Source of the DNA: Kofleriaceae bacterium
GTDB lineage: Bacteria > Myxococcota_A > Polyangia > Haliangiales > Haliangiaceae
Direction of reading: 5' to 3'
NCBI GenBank assembly: GCA_046597055.1
Contig: JBKJLC010000290.1
Location: 1-55,887, forward strand
Length of the DNA stretch: 55,887 nucleotides
Shown here piece after piece: positions 1-8,569 of this stretch. The number at the start of each line of letters is the position of its first letter. Position 1 is the first letter of the stretch. Position numbers and translations under genes: made by a program. The notes beneath the pieces were generated by a model. The model was not told the DNA's origin. It searched no databases and saw only the letters and a program-made list of their open reading frames with translations.

Positions 1-157
1 CAGTCGCTCCGCGACGTCGAGCAACACGGCATCGAGCGCTTCCTGGAGGAGCTCGGGGCCGCACCACGCTCGGCCGGTACGTACCCTCGCGCAGCGCGGC
101 CCCGAGCTCCTCCAGGAAGCGCTCGATGCCGTGTTGCTCGACGTCGCGGAGCGACTG
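1..157. repeat. Perfect 62-bp inverted repeat (arms 1-62 and 96-157, 33-bp loop), truncated by the window edge
   Basis: 1-62 (CAGTCGCTCC...GGGGCCGC) is the exact reverse complement of 96-157. The loop contains the palindrome GGTACGTACC (76-85). Confidence 0.95.
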
Positions 158-172
158 GCCGTCGATCCCCGC
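59..172 (-). pseudogene. Fragment of a group II intron reverse transcriptase/maturase (N-terminal RT0 region)
   Basis: My translation of the minus strand is AGIDGQSLRDVEQHGIERFLEELGAALREGTYRPSVVR, matching the G(I/V)DG...L...L..G.Y.P..VRR pattern of group II intron RTs. Resemblance is lost upstream of ~172. Confidence 0.75.
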
Positions 173-337
173 AACTCTCACCCGCTGGATCTCCACAGCG
201 TGACGGCGGTTCCCCGGCCCGAACCGGACCGAGCTTTCCGCCGTCGTCACGACGCACCATCCCCGTCAGGATACCGCAACCGCACCAGCCCCGCTTCACC
301 CGCCGGGGGTAGGGCCGTCAGCGCCCTTGCGACCGGC

Positions 338-832
338 TCAGCTCGCGCGCCGGAGGTGCTCGCGAAACGCGCCAACCACCGCCGACGCCGCGTGGTTGTC
401 GAACTGGGCATCGAGCGTCTGGGCCGACACGCGCAGCTCGAAGGCGAGCCGGTAGGTCATCAGGCAAGCAAGCGGGGACAGCGGGGTGAACCGCGCCTCG
501 CCCTCGAGGTAGATCGCGCCGGCCTGCGAGGTCCGCCACGCGAGGGTGAGCTGGTCCGGACGGTGATCGTAATGGACGACGTAGCCGAGCGTGGCCCGCT
601 CGAACGCGGCCCGGAACGACACCTGGGTGGGGCGGCCGTCGGCGTCGCGGGCGATCACCGACGCGGCCTGGACGATCGACAACCAGCGCGGGGTCGCTCC
701 GACGTCGGCGAACAGCTCGTACGCGGACGCCGCGGACGCGCGGAGGGTGGTCGCGACCTCGGTGGTCGAGGTCGGCAGCGAGGCAGTGGCGTTGCGGAGC
801 AGCTCGGACGTGGCGATGGCGGCGCTGGGCAT
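338..832 (-). CDS. SRPBCC/START (polyketide cyclase-like) family protein
   Basis: ATG at 832 preceded by AGGAGG. Pattern TTLRASAASAYELFADVGATPRW...LAWRT...GEARFTPL; size ~164 aa fits SRPBCC. Confidence 0.75.
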   Translation of the reverse strand: MPSAAIATSELLRNATASLPTSTTEVATTLRASAASAYELFADVGATPRWLSIVQAASVIARDADGRPTQVSFRAAFERATLGYVVHYDHRPDQLTLAWRTSQAGAIYLEGEARFTPLSPLACLMTYRLAFELRVSAQTLDAQFDNHAASAVVGAFREHLRRAS

Positions 833-1178
833 GGCGTCCTCCTGCCTGAACCCCTGAGCAACTGTGATGCCGACCCAGCTGCCCAGACCGGTCGGGCCGA
901 TTTCGCGCAGTTGCTGTTGCGCGCCGGGGTGTCGCTGGGGACGGCAGTGGGTGGCCAGCGCGGTAGCCTGGACCCGGGCGGCGCCTGGGCAAGGCACCTC
1001 CATGAGCGCTTATCGAAGTCCCCGGGCAGGGTCGCCAGCCGCCCGGCCCCTGGCCCGACATCCATGGACAGTTGACATAATATACATTCTGCGACGTGAT
1101 TTGAGGGTCCAGGACTCTGAATGGCGACGGCCCCGTATCGCTCAAAACCTCATAATTGCTGACGTTTCAGCTGGCGCC

Positions 1179-1961
1179 TCAGCGGCAGCCGAGCTCGCGG
1201 GACAGCTCGGCGAGCCGGCCGCGCTCGAAGTCTCCGCCGCTCGGCGTCGTGAGCGCCGCGAGCTCGTCGAACGCCGGGCACGCCCGTGGGCTGCTGGCGG
1301 CATGGGCGGCGCGCGCCAGCCGCTCCCACGCGATCGCGTGATCGGGACGCGCCGCGACCACCTCCTCGAGCAACGCCGCTTCGCGCGCGCGGTCGCTGCC
1401 GCTCGCGACCATCGACCCCGCGAGCGCGATCGTCCAGCGCTCCGCGCCATCCGAGCCCAGCCGGATGCAGGTCCGGGCCGACAAGGCCTGGCCGTGGACG
1501 ACGGCCTGACACGCGGCCGCGCCCGCCCCGGCCGGATCGCCGGCGGCCTCGCGCAGCTCGGCGATGCGCGCCCACCACTGGCCCCGCTCCAGATCGCGCG
1601 TGCAGCGCTCGATCGACTCGCGCAGGAGCGGCTCTTCGCCGGCGACCGGAGCGACCAGCGACCGCTCCAGGTACAGCGACGTCAGGTCGGCGCGCGTCGG
1701 GCAGTCGTCGGCCAGCGCGAGCGATGCGCGCAGGTGCGCCTCGGCCAGCTTCCAGCGCTCCTCCGCGGGCCGCTCGGACCGGCGGGCTTCGCGCGCCGCG
1801 GCGCGAAGCTCCTCGCGTGATTTTGGCGCCGGGTCAGACGATGCGGTCGGTGCGGGCTCGGCCGACCGCGCCTTGCACGACGCGAGCGCCGTCCCGGCAA
1901 GGAGCAGCGCCACGATGGAGGTGGCGCGCTTGGGTCGGAAGCGGTCGTGGGGCGCGAGCAT
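1179..1961 (-). CDS. Putative lipoprotein, helical/TPR-like, unknown function
   Basis: Basic N-terminus, hydrophobic stretch and lipobox-like LASC; Ala/Glu/Arg-rich helical body with Cys residues. Confidence 0.6.
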   Translation of the reverse strand: MLAPHDRFRPKRATSIVALLLAGTALASCKARSAEPAPTASSDPAPKSREELRAAAREARRSERPAEERWKLAEAHLRASLALADDCPTRADLTSLYLERSLVAPVAGEEPLLRESIERCTRDLERGQWWARIAELREAAGDPAGAGAAACQAVVHGQALSARTCIRLGSDGAERWTIALAGSMVASGSDRAREAALLEEVVAARPDHAIAWERLARAAHAASSPRACPAFDELAALTTPSGGDFERGRLAELSRELGCR

Positions 1962-1984
1962 CGAGTGTCGATAGCACGCCCCGT

Positions 1985-2764
1985 TCAGGTCGTGCTGCGC
2001 GTGGTCAGTCGCACCGGGGCGAGCTGCGCGACGAACGCGGCGGCGGTGGCCGCATCGTCAGTGCGGCCCTCCGCGATCGCGACCGCCCAGCGCGCCACCC
2101 ACCCGAGACCGGTGCGAGGGTCGCAGGCGATCGCCCGGTCCGACGCGTCGCGCGCCTGCGCCGGCGTTGCGGTGGCGAGCCGGAGCAAGGCGACGATCGC
2201 CCAGAGGTCACTGTCGTCGGGAAAGCGCTCCAGCGCCTCGTCCGCGGCGAGCGTCGCGAGCTCGGGGACGTCGCACGCGAGCGACTCTCTCACCAGCACC
2301 ATCCAGGCGTTTGCCCCCACCGTGCCCTCGTCGGTCGCGATGCGGACACCCTTTAACGCGTCGGCTGGTCGCTCGGTCAAGATGAGCAGGCGCAGGACCG
2401 CGGACCACGCCGACAACGAGGCGGGGTTCGCCTCGAGGGCGGCGAACGCCTCGGTGGGCTCGTGGATCTCGAGCGGGGTGAAGGCTGCCACGACCAGCGA
2501 TTCCGCCGCGCCATGCAGCCGCGGATCGTCGACCCCATACTTCACCAGGGCCGCGGCGACGGTCGTGTCCCAGTGCCCTGCGGTCGCCAGGGCGCGGGCG
2601 AGCGCCACCGCGGGTTGCGGCAGGTCACGGCGCAGCGCGAGCGCCAGCTCGCCACGCTGCCGGTCGGCGCCGTGCAGCTCCGCGGTCAGCGCCTCCGCCT
2701 GGGCGAGCTCGCCGGCCCGCACGAGCGCACGAGCGCGCAGCAGGATGTCGGCCGCGGACGGCAC
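1985..2764 (-). CDS. Hypothetical TPR-like helical protein directly downstream of the DUF4157 gene
   Basis: Probable GTG at 2764, 4 bp after the upstream stop; TPR-like segments (ADEALERFPDDSDLW, DRAIACDPRTGLGW). Confidence 0.6.
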   Translation of the reverse strand: MPSAADILLRARALVRAGELAQAEALTAELHGADRQRGELALALRRDLPQPAVALARALATAGHWDTTVAAALVKYGVDDPRLHGAAESLVVAAFTPLEIHEPTEAFAALEANPASLSAWSAVLRLLILTERPADALKGVRIATDEGTVGANAWMVLVRESLACDVPELATLAADEALERFPDDSDLWAIVALLRLATATPAQARDASDRAIACDPRTGLGWVARWAVAIAEGRTDDAATAAAFVAQLAPVRLTTRSTT

Positions 2765-2768
2765 GACC

Positions 2769-4571
2769 TCAGTCGCCCTCGAGCCGCGCACCCTCGAGCG
2801 TGGCTTCCCCGATGTCTTCCCGGAGGAGTGCGATGGCGCCATCGACCGCGGTCGACGTGCCCATCATCTTCTTCAGCGCGTCCTTCGAGTCGTCGTGACC
2901 GTTGACGTAGACGCTCCCGCTCTCGTTGCGCCCCATGCCGAGCTCGTTGTCGCCCATCGAGACCGACATGCCGTCGAGGAACCCGTCGTAGAGGAAGCCG
3001 GTCGCGACCACCGGGAACCCGAGCGCGTTGATCGTCTGGCCCTTGATCTGGTCGAGCACCGCGGTGGTGATGCCGCCGACCTTGATCGAGCTCCATCCAC
3101 CACCGCCCTTGGGCGTGATCGGACGGGCGCTCGCGATGTCGCGCGACCCGTACGCCACGTAGACGATGCCCTGCTTGCCCTCGCTGCTGTGATGCGACTT
3201 CGGCGACGCGCCGACCTCCTTGGCGAGATTGGTCCCGCCCAGCTCCTTGTCGACACCAGCGGAGCTGCGCGACATCGCGGTCATCCACTCCTTGAGGCTC
3301 TCGTTGTACTGGGTCTGGCGGGCGGTCTCGGCCATCGAGGTGATGGTGTCGCGGTAGGCGCGGCCGACCGCGGTGAACGCGGTGACATAGCTGGCGCGCT
3401 GCTCGGCCGGCTGGCTGCGGATCAGCGTCTTGGCGTTGAGCTTCATGTCGTCGACCTTGTCGGACGCGGCCTGCCGGATCGGCTCGATGCCGTCGGCCTG
3501 CGCCGCGAAGAAGGTCGACTTCGAGTTGCCCTCGCCGGCCGTGATCGTGGCGTAGATCTTCCCGACTGCGTCTTTGAGGCCGTCGTCGACGGCGGTGCTG
3601 ACAGCATTGTTGAGCGCATCCGCGCCCACCTTGGCGACCCATTTCGCGGTGGTGTCCCCGATCGCGCTCAGCTCGGAGCCGAGCTTGGGCCCGAGGCTGG
3701 CCGCGATCTTTCCGGCGATCAGGCCGCTGGCGCCGCCGAGCGCCGCGATCGCGAGCGTCTTCATGAGCTCGTCGGCGAGCGAGGGCGGGTCGAGCTCGTT
3801 GAGATTGCCGAGCACCTGGTTGCAGCCGATCTGGCGGCGGTTGTGCATCGCCTCGAGCGCGTTCTTCGCCTTGTCGTAGGCGTTGTCGAGCTCATCGAAG
3901 ACGATCGCGTCCTCGCCGGCATCACCTTTGTCACCCTTCTCCCCGGTATCACCCTTCTCGCCAGTGTCGCCGGTATCGCCTTTGTCGCCCTTGTCACCCT
4001 TCTTGTGCTGGACCGCGGCGGCGCCGGCGCCGCCGGTGGCGGGGCCGGACAGGGTCGTGAGCAGCGCCTCGGCCGACTCCCCGCGCACGACCCGGTCGGC
4101 GACCGCGTCGGCGTGCTGCTCGTAGGCGTCGCCCGACGCCCCGACGCCGCCCTTGAGGTGCACGCCCGCGCGCTGCTGGACCACGTGGGCCGCCTCGTGG
4201 GCGGTCGTGTGCAGATCCGGCGTGGTCCCGAAGGCGATGTCGTTACCCTTGGCGTAGGCGGTCGCGCCCATCGACCGCGAGGCCTCGGCGGCATCGCCGC
4301 CGGTGTGAGCCTGGACCTCGGAGACGTCGTGGGCACCGAACGAGGTGGCGATCTGATCGATGAACGGCAGCCCCTCGCCGCGACCGGCGATGCCGCGATC
4401 CGCGGCCGCGTGCACCGCCTCCGGGTCGGCCGCCTCGCTGCCGCCCAGGTGCTGGACCGATGCGGCGGTGTCGTACCGAGCCTCGACCCGGGAGCGCTTC
4501 CCAGCCTGGCTCTGGACGCCGTCGTCGGTCTCGGTCGAGGCAGGTCGGCCAGCACGGACGCGGTCGGTCAT
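2769..4571 (-). CDS. DUF4157 (eCIS-core-like) domain protein with collagen-like linker and unknown C-terminal domain
   Basis: DUF4157 signature [15 protein letters not shown]...[13 protein letters not shown]...[12 protein letters not shown]...[17 protein letters not shown] at 4571. Confidence 0.85.
   Translation of the reverse strand: MTDRVRAGRPASTETDDGVQSQAGKRSRVEARYDTAASVQHLGGSEAADPEAVHAAADRGIAGRGEGLPFIDQIATSFGAHDVSEVQAHTGGDAAEASRSMGATAYAKGNDIAFGTTPDLHTTAHEAAHVVQQRAGVHLKGGVGASGDAYEQHADAVADRVVRGESAEALLTTLSGPATGGAGAAAVQHKKGDKGDKGDTGDTGEKGDTGEKGDKGDAGEDAIVFDELDNAYDKAKNALEAMHNRRQIGCNQVLGNLNELDPPSLADELMKTLAIAALGGASGLIAGKIAASLGPKLGSELSAIGDTTAKWVAKVGADALNNAVSTAVDDGLKDAVGKIYATITAGEGNSKSTFFAAQADGIEPIRQAASDKVDDMKLNAKTLIRSQPAEQRASYVTAFTAVGRAYRDTITSMAETARQTQYNESLKEWMTAMSRSSAGVDKELGGTNLAKEVGASPKSHHSSEGKQGIVYVAYGSRDIASARPITPKGGGGWSSIKVGGITTAVLDQIKGQTINALGFPVVATGFLYDGFLDGMSVSMGDNELGMGRNESGSVYVNGHDDSKDALKKMMGTSTAVDGAIALLREDIGEATLEGARLEGD
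3909..3998 (-). repeat. Collagen-like (Gly-X-Y)10 coding repeat
   Basis: [30 protein letters not shown], encoded by degenerate 9-bp units. Confidence 0.9.
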
Positions 4572-4654
4572 GGGGTGGTACTCACGTTGCACATGATACG
4601 GGCAGAACCGGTCAGATCTTCCCTGCAATCCAGGGTTGTCGGCCGGCCGCCGGC

Positions 4655-5896
4655 TCAGGTCAGCGCGTCTTCGCCGATCAGCGTCCGGGCCGCGGACATC
4701 AGGTTGATGTCGGTGGTGCCGGCGCCGAGCTCGAGCAGCTTGGCGTCGCGGGCCAGCTTCTCGATGTGGAATTCTTCCATGTAGCCGTAGCCGCCGTGGA
4801 TCTGGATGGCGGTCAGCGCGGCGTCGACCGCGAACTGCGAGCACTGGGCCTTGGACGCGTTGACGAACGCGGGGTCGCGCACCTTCTGCTGCTGCATCCA
4901 GGCCAGGCGAAACACCACGTTCTCGACGGTCTTGAGCTTGAGGTACAGGTCGGCGATCTTGAGCTGCACGGCCTGGAACGCGCCGATCGGCTTGCCGAAC
5001 TGCCGACGCTCGCGCACGTAGCGCACGCTCTGGTCGTAGCAGCGCTCGATGATGCCCCACGCCATCGCCGGGATGCCCGAGCGCTCGCTGCCGAGGCTCT
5101 CCTTGGTGTCGGCCCGGCCGGCCTTGCCCTTCTCGCGGCCGCCCAGCAGCCGGCCCGCCTCCAGCTGGACGTCGTCGAAGAAGATCTCCGAGGTCGGCGA
5201 GTCGCGCATGCCCATCTTCTTGAACGGCGGACCGACCGTGAAGCCGGCCATGCCCTTGTCCAAAATGAAGGTGCCCACGCCCTGCTGCTCCTTCGGCTCG
5301 CCCCGGTCGATGCGCGCGTAGACGACGAACAGGTCGGCGCCGGGGCCGTTGGTGATGAAGGTCTTGCTGCCGGTGAGCCGGTAGCCGTCGCCGTCGGGGC
5401 GCGCGGTGGTCGTCATCGAGCCGAACGCGTCGGAGCCGGCGCCCGGCTCGGTCAGGCACCACGAGCCGATCTTGGCGACCGTGACCAGCGGCAGCGCCCA
5501 GCGCTCGACCTGGTCGGCGGTGCCCTTGGCGAGGATCGCACCGCCCGCGAGCCCCATCGACACGCCCCAGCCCATCGCGAAGCCCGGTGACACCCGCGAC
5601 AGCTCCTTGATGAACACCGCCATCATCATCGGATCGCCGCCGAGGGACGCGCCGACCCCGCCGGCGTCCTCGACCACGCCATCGCTGGCCTCGGCGGCGC
5701 GTAGCTTCGTGATCCGCTTGCGGACCGCGGCCTCGGCCATCGCCGCCAGCCCGAAGGTCTTCGCCATCTCCTGCATCAGCGGGAACGGCGTCTCGGCGCC
5801 GGCCTCGAGCGCCGGGATCCGCGGCATCAGGCGGGTCTCGCACCACTGCCGGACCATCTTCTCGATCATGCGGCTCTGCTCGTCGAGGATGAACAT
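4655..5896 (-). CDS. Acyl-CoA dehydrogenase
   Basis: [66 protein letters not shown] motifs. Confidence 0.95.
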   Translation of the reverse strand: MFILDEQSRMIEKMVRQWCETRLMPRIPALEAGAETPFPLMQEMAKTFGLAAMAEAAVRKRITKLRAAEASDGVVEDAGGVGASLGGDPMMMAVFIKELSRVSPGFAMGWGVSMGLAGGAILAKGTADQVERWALPLVTVAKIGSWCLTEPGAGSDAFGSMTTTARPDGDGYRLTGSKTFITNGPGADLFVVYARIDRGEPKEQQGVGTFILDKGMAGFTVGPPFKKMGMRDSPTSEIFFDDVQLEAGRLLGGREKGKAGRADTKESLGSERSGIPAMAWGIIERCYDQSVRYVRERRQFGKPIGAFQAVQLKIADLYLKLKTVENVVFRLAWMQQQKVRDPAFVNASKAQCSQFAVDAALTAIQIHGGYGYMEEFHIEKLARDAKLLELGAGTTDINLMSAARTLIGEDALT

Positions 5897-5942
5897 GCCG
5901 CCACGGTACCACCCGCCCACCGCGGTACCGCCTGTCGCGGCC

Positions 5943-7490
5943 TTACCGGACCCGCTGGGAGATCCGCTGGACCTCGTCGCCGGTCAGCCCGCTGGCCGCC
6001 TCGATCGTCACGCTGGTCGCCTTGCCGGTCGCGACCTCGGTGGCATCGACGTGCAGGATGCCGTCAGCATCGAGCGAGAACGCGACCTCGACCCGGGTCT
6101 GCCCGCGTGGCCGCGCCGCCAGGTCGCCGAGCACGAACCGACCGAGCCGCCGGTTCTTCGAGGCCTGGGCGTCGGCGCCCTGGTAGACCTCGATCGCGAC
6201 GAAGGTCTGGTTGTCCTCGGTGGTCGCGAACGCCTTGCGCTCGCGGGTCGGGATGCTGGTGTTGGCCGCGATGATGATGCTCATCCGGTCGCCGGCGACC
6301 TTGAGGCCGAGGTCGTGCGGCGTCACGTCGAGCAGCACGACCTCCTGCAGCTCGCCGCCGATGATGCCGGAGTGGACCGCGGCGCCCATCGCCACGCTCT
6401 CGTCCGGATTGACCCCCTTGTGGGCGGGCTTGCCGAAGATCCGGATCACGTGATCCTGGACCGCTGGCATGCGCGACATGCCGCCGACCAGCAGGACCTG
6501 ATCGATGTCGGCCGCGGTGCACCGGGCCAGCGCGAGCGCCTTCACACACGGCGGGGCCAGCCGGGCCAGCAGCTCCTTGCACGCGCGCTCGAGCTCGGTG
6601 CGCGACAGCGCGCGGGTGAGGTGCATCGGTCCGGACGGCCCGACCGCGATGAACGGCAGGTTGATGTCGGTCGTCATCGTCGACGACAGCTCGACCTTGG
6701 CCTGCTCGGCCGCCTCCTTGAGGCGCTGCAGCGCGACCGCGTCACCGCGCAGGTCGACCTGGTTCGACGTGATGAACTCGTCGGCCAGCAGCTCGATGAT
6801 CGCCCGGTCGAAGTCGTCGCCGCCGAGCGCGGTGTCGCCGCTGGTGGCCAGGACCTCGAACACGCCGTTCTCGATCGCGAGGATCGAGATGTCGAACGTG
6901 CCGCCGCCCAGGTCGAACACCGCGACCCGCTGGTCCTGCTCGTGGTGCACGCCGTACGCGAGCGCGGCCGCGGTCGGCTCGTTGAGGATCGCGCGGACGG
7001 TGAGCCCGGCGATCGCGCCGGCGTCCTTGGTCGCCTGGCGCTGGACGTCGTCGAAGTACGCCGGCACGGTGATCACGGCCTCGGTGACGGTCTCGCCCAG
7101 GTAGTCCTCGGCGACCCGCTTCATCTTGGCGAGCACGTGCGCCGAGATCTCCTGCGGCGAGCGCGGCTGACCGTCGATCGCGACCCAGGCGTCGCCGTTG
7201 CGGGCGCCGACCACCTGGTACGCCAGCACGCGCAGGATGCGCTGGACCTCGGGGTCGCCCACCTTGCGGCCGAGCAGGCGCTTGGCCCCGAACACCGTGC
7301 GGGTCGGGTTGGTGATCATCTGACGCTTCGAGGCCGCCCCGACCACCACGTCACCGTCGGCGTTCCACGACACCATCGATGGCGTGGTCCGCCCGCCCTC
7401 CTGGTTGTGGATGACGGTGGCCTCCCGGCCCTCGAGCACGGCGACGCACGAGTTGGTCGTGCCGAGATCGATGCCAATGATCCTCGCCAT
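5943..7490 (-). CDS. dnaK: Hsp70/DnaK paralog, C-terminal lid truncated (515 aa)
   Basis: IIGIDLGTTNS, TVPAYF, NEPTAAALAYG, DLGGGTFDIS, LVGGMSRMP, NPDESVAMGAA and the VLLDVTP linker; stop shortly after the substrate-binding beta domain. Confidence 0.92.
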   Translation of the reverse strand: MARIIGIDLGTTNSCVAVLEGREATVIHNQEGGRTTPSMVSWNADGDVVVGAASKRQMITNPTRTVFGAKRLLGRKVGDPEVQRILRVLAYQVVGARNGDAWVAIDGQPRSPQEISAHVLAKMKRVAEDYLGETVTEAVITVPAYFDDVQRQATKDAGAIAGLTVRAILNEPTAAALAYGVHHEQDQRVAVFDLGGGTFDISILAIENGVFEVLATSGDTALGGDDFDRAIIELLADEFITSNQVDLRGDAVALQRLKEAAEQAKVELSSTMTTDINLPFIAVGPSGPMHLTRALSRTELERACKELLARLAPPCVKALALARCTAADIDQVLLVGGMSRMPAVQDHVIRIFGKPAHKGVNPDESVAMGAAVHSGIIGGELQEVVLLDVTPHDLGLKVAGDRMSIIIAANTSIPTRERKAFATTEDNQTFVAIEVYQGADAQASKNRRLGRFVLGDLAARPRGQTRVEVAFSLDADGILHVDATEVATGKATSVTIEAASGLTGDEVQRISQRVR

Positions 7491-7513
7491 CTCGGGATCC
7501 GACTATAGCCTGG

Positions 7514-8518
7514 TCAGCGGACGCCGGTGGTCTCGAGCGCCCGCTTGGCCAGGCCGAGCGCGGGATCGCAGGCGAGCGCGCGCTGCCACTCGGCCCGCGC
7601 CTCGCCGGCCTTGCCGAGCTGGAACGCCTCCCAGCCGCGCGCGTAGTGCAGGTAGGCCCGGTAGCGTGGATCGTGCCCTGATTCGGCGGCGAGCTCCGCG
7701 AACAGCACGCGCGCCTCGGTGTAGCGCTGATCGCGCAGGAGCACGAGCGCCTGCTCGAAGCGCTCGCGCGAGCGGCCCGCGCCCGCGGTGTCCGGAACTG
7801 CCGCGCGCCCGGTGGGCTTGACCGGCGACGAAGGCGTCGGCGGTGTCGATCCGGTCGCCGGGGTCAGCCCAGACCGCGCGGCGAGCGGCGGCTTGCCCGC
7901 GGGCGGCTTCGACGACACCCGCCGGGGCCGAGCGGGCAGCGGCGCGGCGCTCGCCGGGGGCCCCGCCGCGCCGGGCACCGTCGGCTGGCGGACCCGGGCC
8001 GGCGGGGTGACCGTCGCGGCGGCCGCCGGGGGCCCGGCGGCGGCCGGGGCTCCACCAACCCGGGGCACGCCGGTCGGTGGGGTCACGCGCGGCAGCGCGC
8101 CCGACGGCCGGGCACCCAATGGCGGCGGCCGGCGACCCATGGCCGGCGCCAGTGGCGGCCGGTCGCGGTCGGCCGGCGGCGCGGTGGCCGCGCGTGCGAA
8201 CGGGCCCGCCGGCGGCGCGGTGTTCGCGCGTGCACCCGCCGGCAGCGCGATCGCCGGCGGGGCCGCGAGCGCCTGCATCACCGACTCGTAGGCGCGCTTG
8301 ATCGCGAGGAACACCTCGTTGGCGAGGCGCACCGTCGGTGGCGTGTGCCGGGCGAACTTGGCCGGATGGTAGCGCTTGCACAGGTCCATGAACGCGGCGC
8401 GCACCGCCACCGCGCTGGCATCGGCCGCCACCCCGAGGGCCTGGCGCGGCTCCCCCCGGAACCGCTCGAGCGTCGCGCCCAGCGCCCGTACTGCATCGTC
8501 CTCCGAGCCGACCGCCAC
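7514..8518 (-). CDS. J-domain-like protein (HPA in place of HPD), Pro-rich linker, C-terminal TPR
   Basis: QALGVAADASAVAVRAAFMDLCKRYHPAKF...ANEVFLAIKRAYE; C-terminal EARAEWQRALACDP; 23 bp upstream of dnaK. Confidence 0.8.
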   Translation of the reverse strand: MAVGSEDDAVRALGATLERFRGEPRQALGVAADASAVAVRAAFMDLCKRYHPAKFARHTPPTVRLANEVFLAIKRAYESVMQALAAPPAIALPAGARANTAPPAGPFARAATAPPADRDRPPLAPAMGRRPPPLGARPSGALPRVTPPTGVPRVGGAPAAAGPPAAAATVTPPARVRQPTVPGAAGPPASAAPLPARPRRVSSKPPAGKPPLAARSGLTPATGSTPPTPSSPVKPTGRAAVPDTAGAGRSRERFEQALVLLRDQRYTEARVLFAELAAESGHDPRYRAYLHYARGWEAFQLGKAGEARAEWQRALACDPALGLAKRALETTGVR

Positions 8519-8569
8519 CGGGTGATGGTAGAACGACGCCGACTCCTGGTAAACCTCGCCGCGGCGCGA

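Noticed and set aside
1947..4784. Long alternative-frame ORFs (e.g. 1947-4784 +, 5406-7508 +, 30945-34298 +, 41715-45008 -, and the 5' extension of 48653-53836)
   Set aside because: Shadows of real genes caused by stop-codon scarcity at very high GC; Arg/Gly/Pro-rich with no family motifs.
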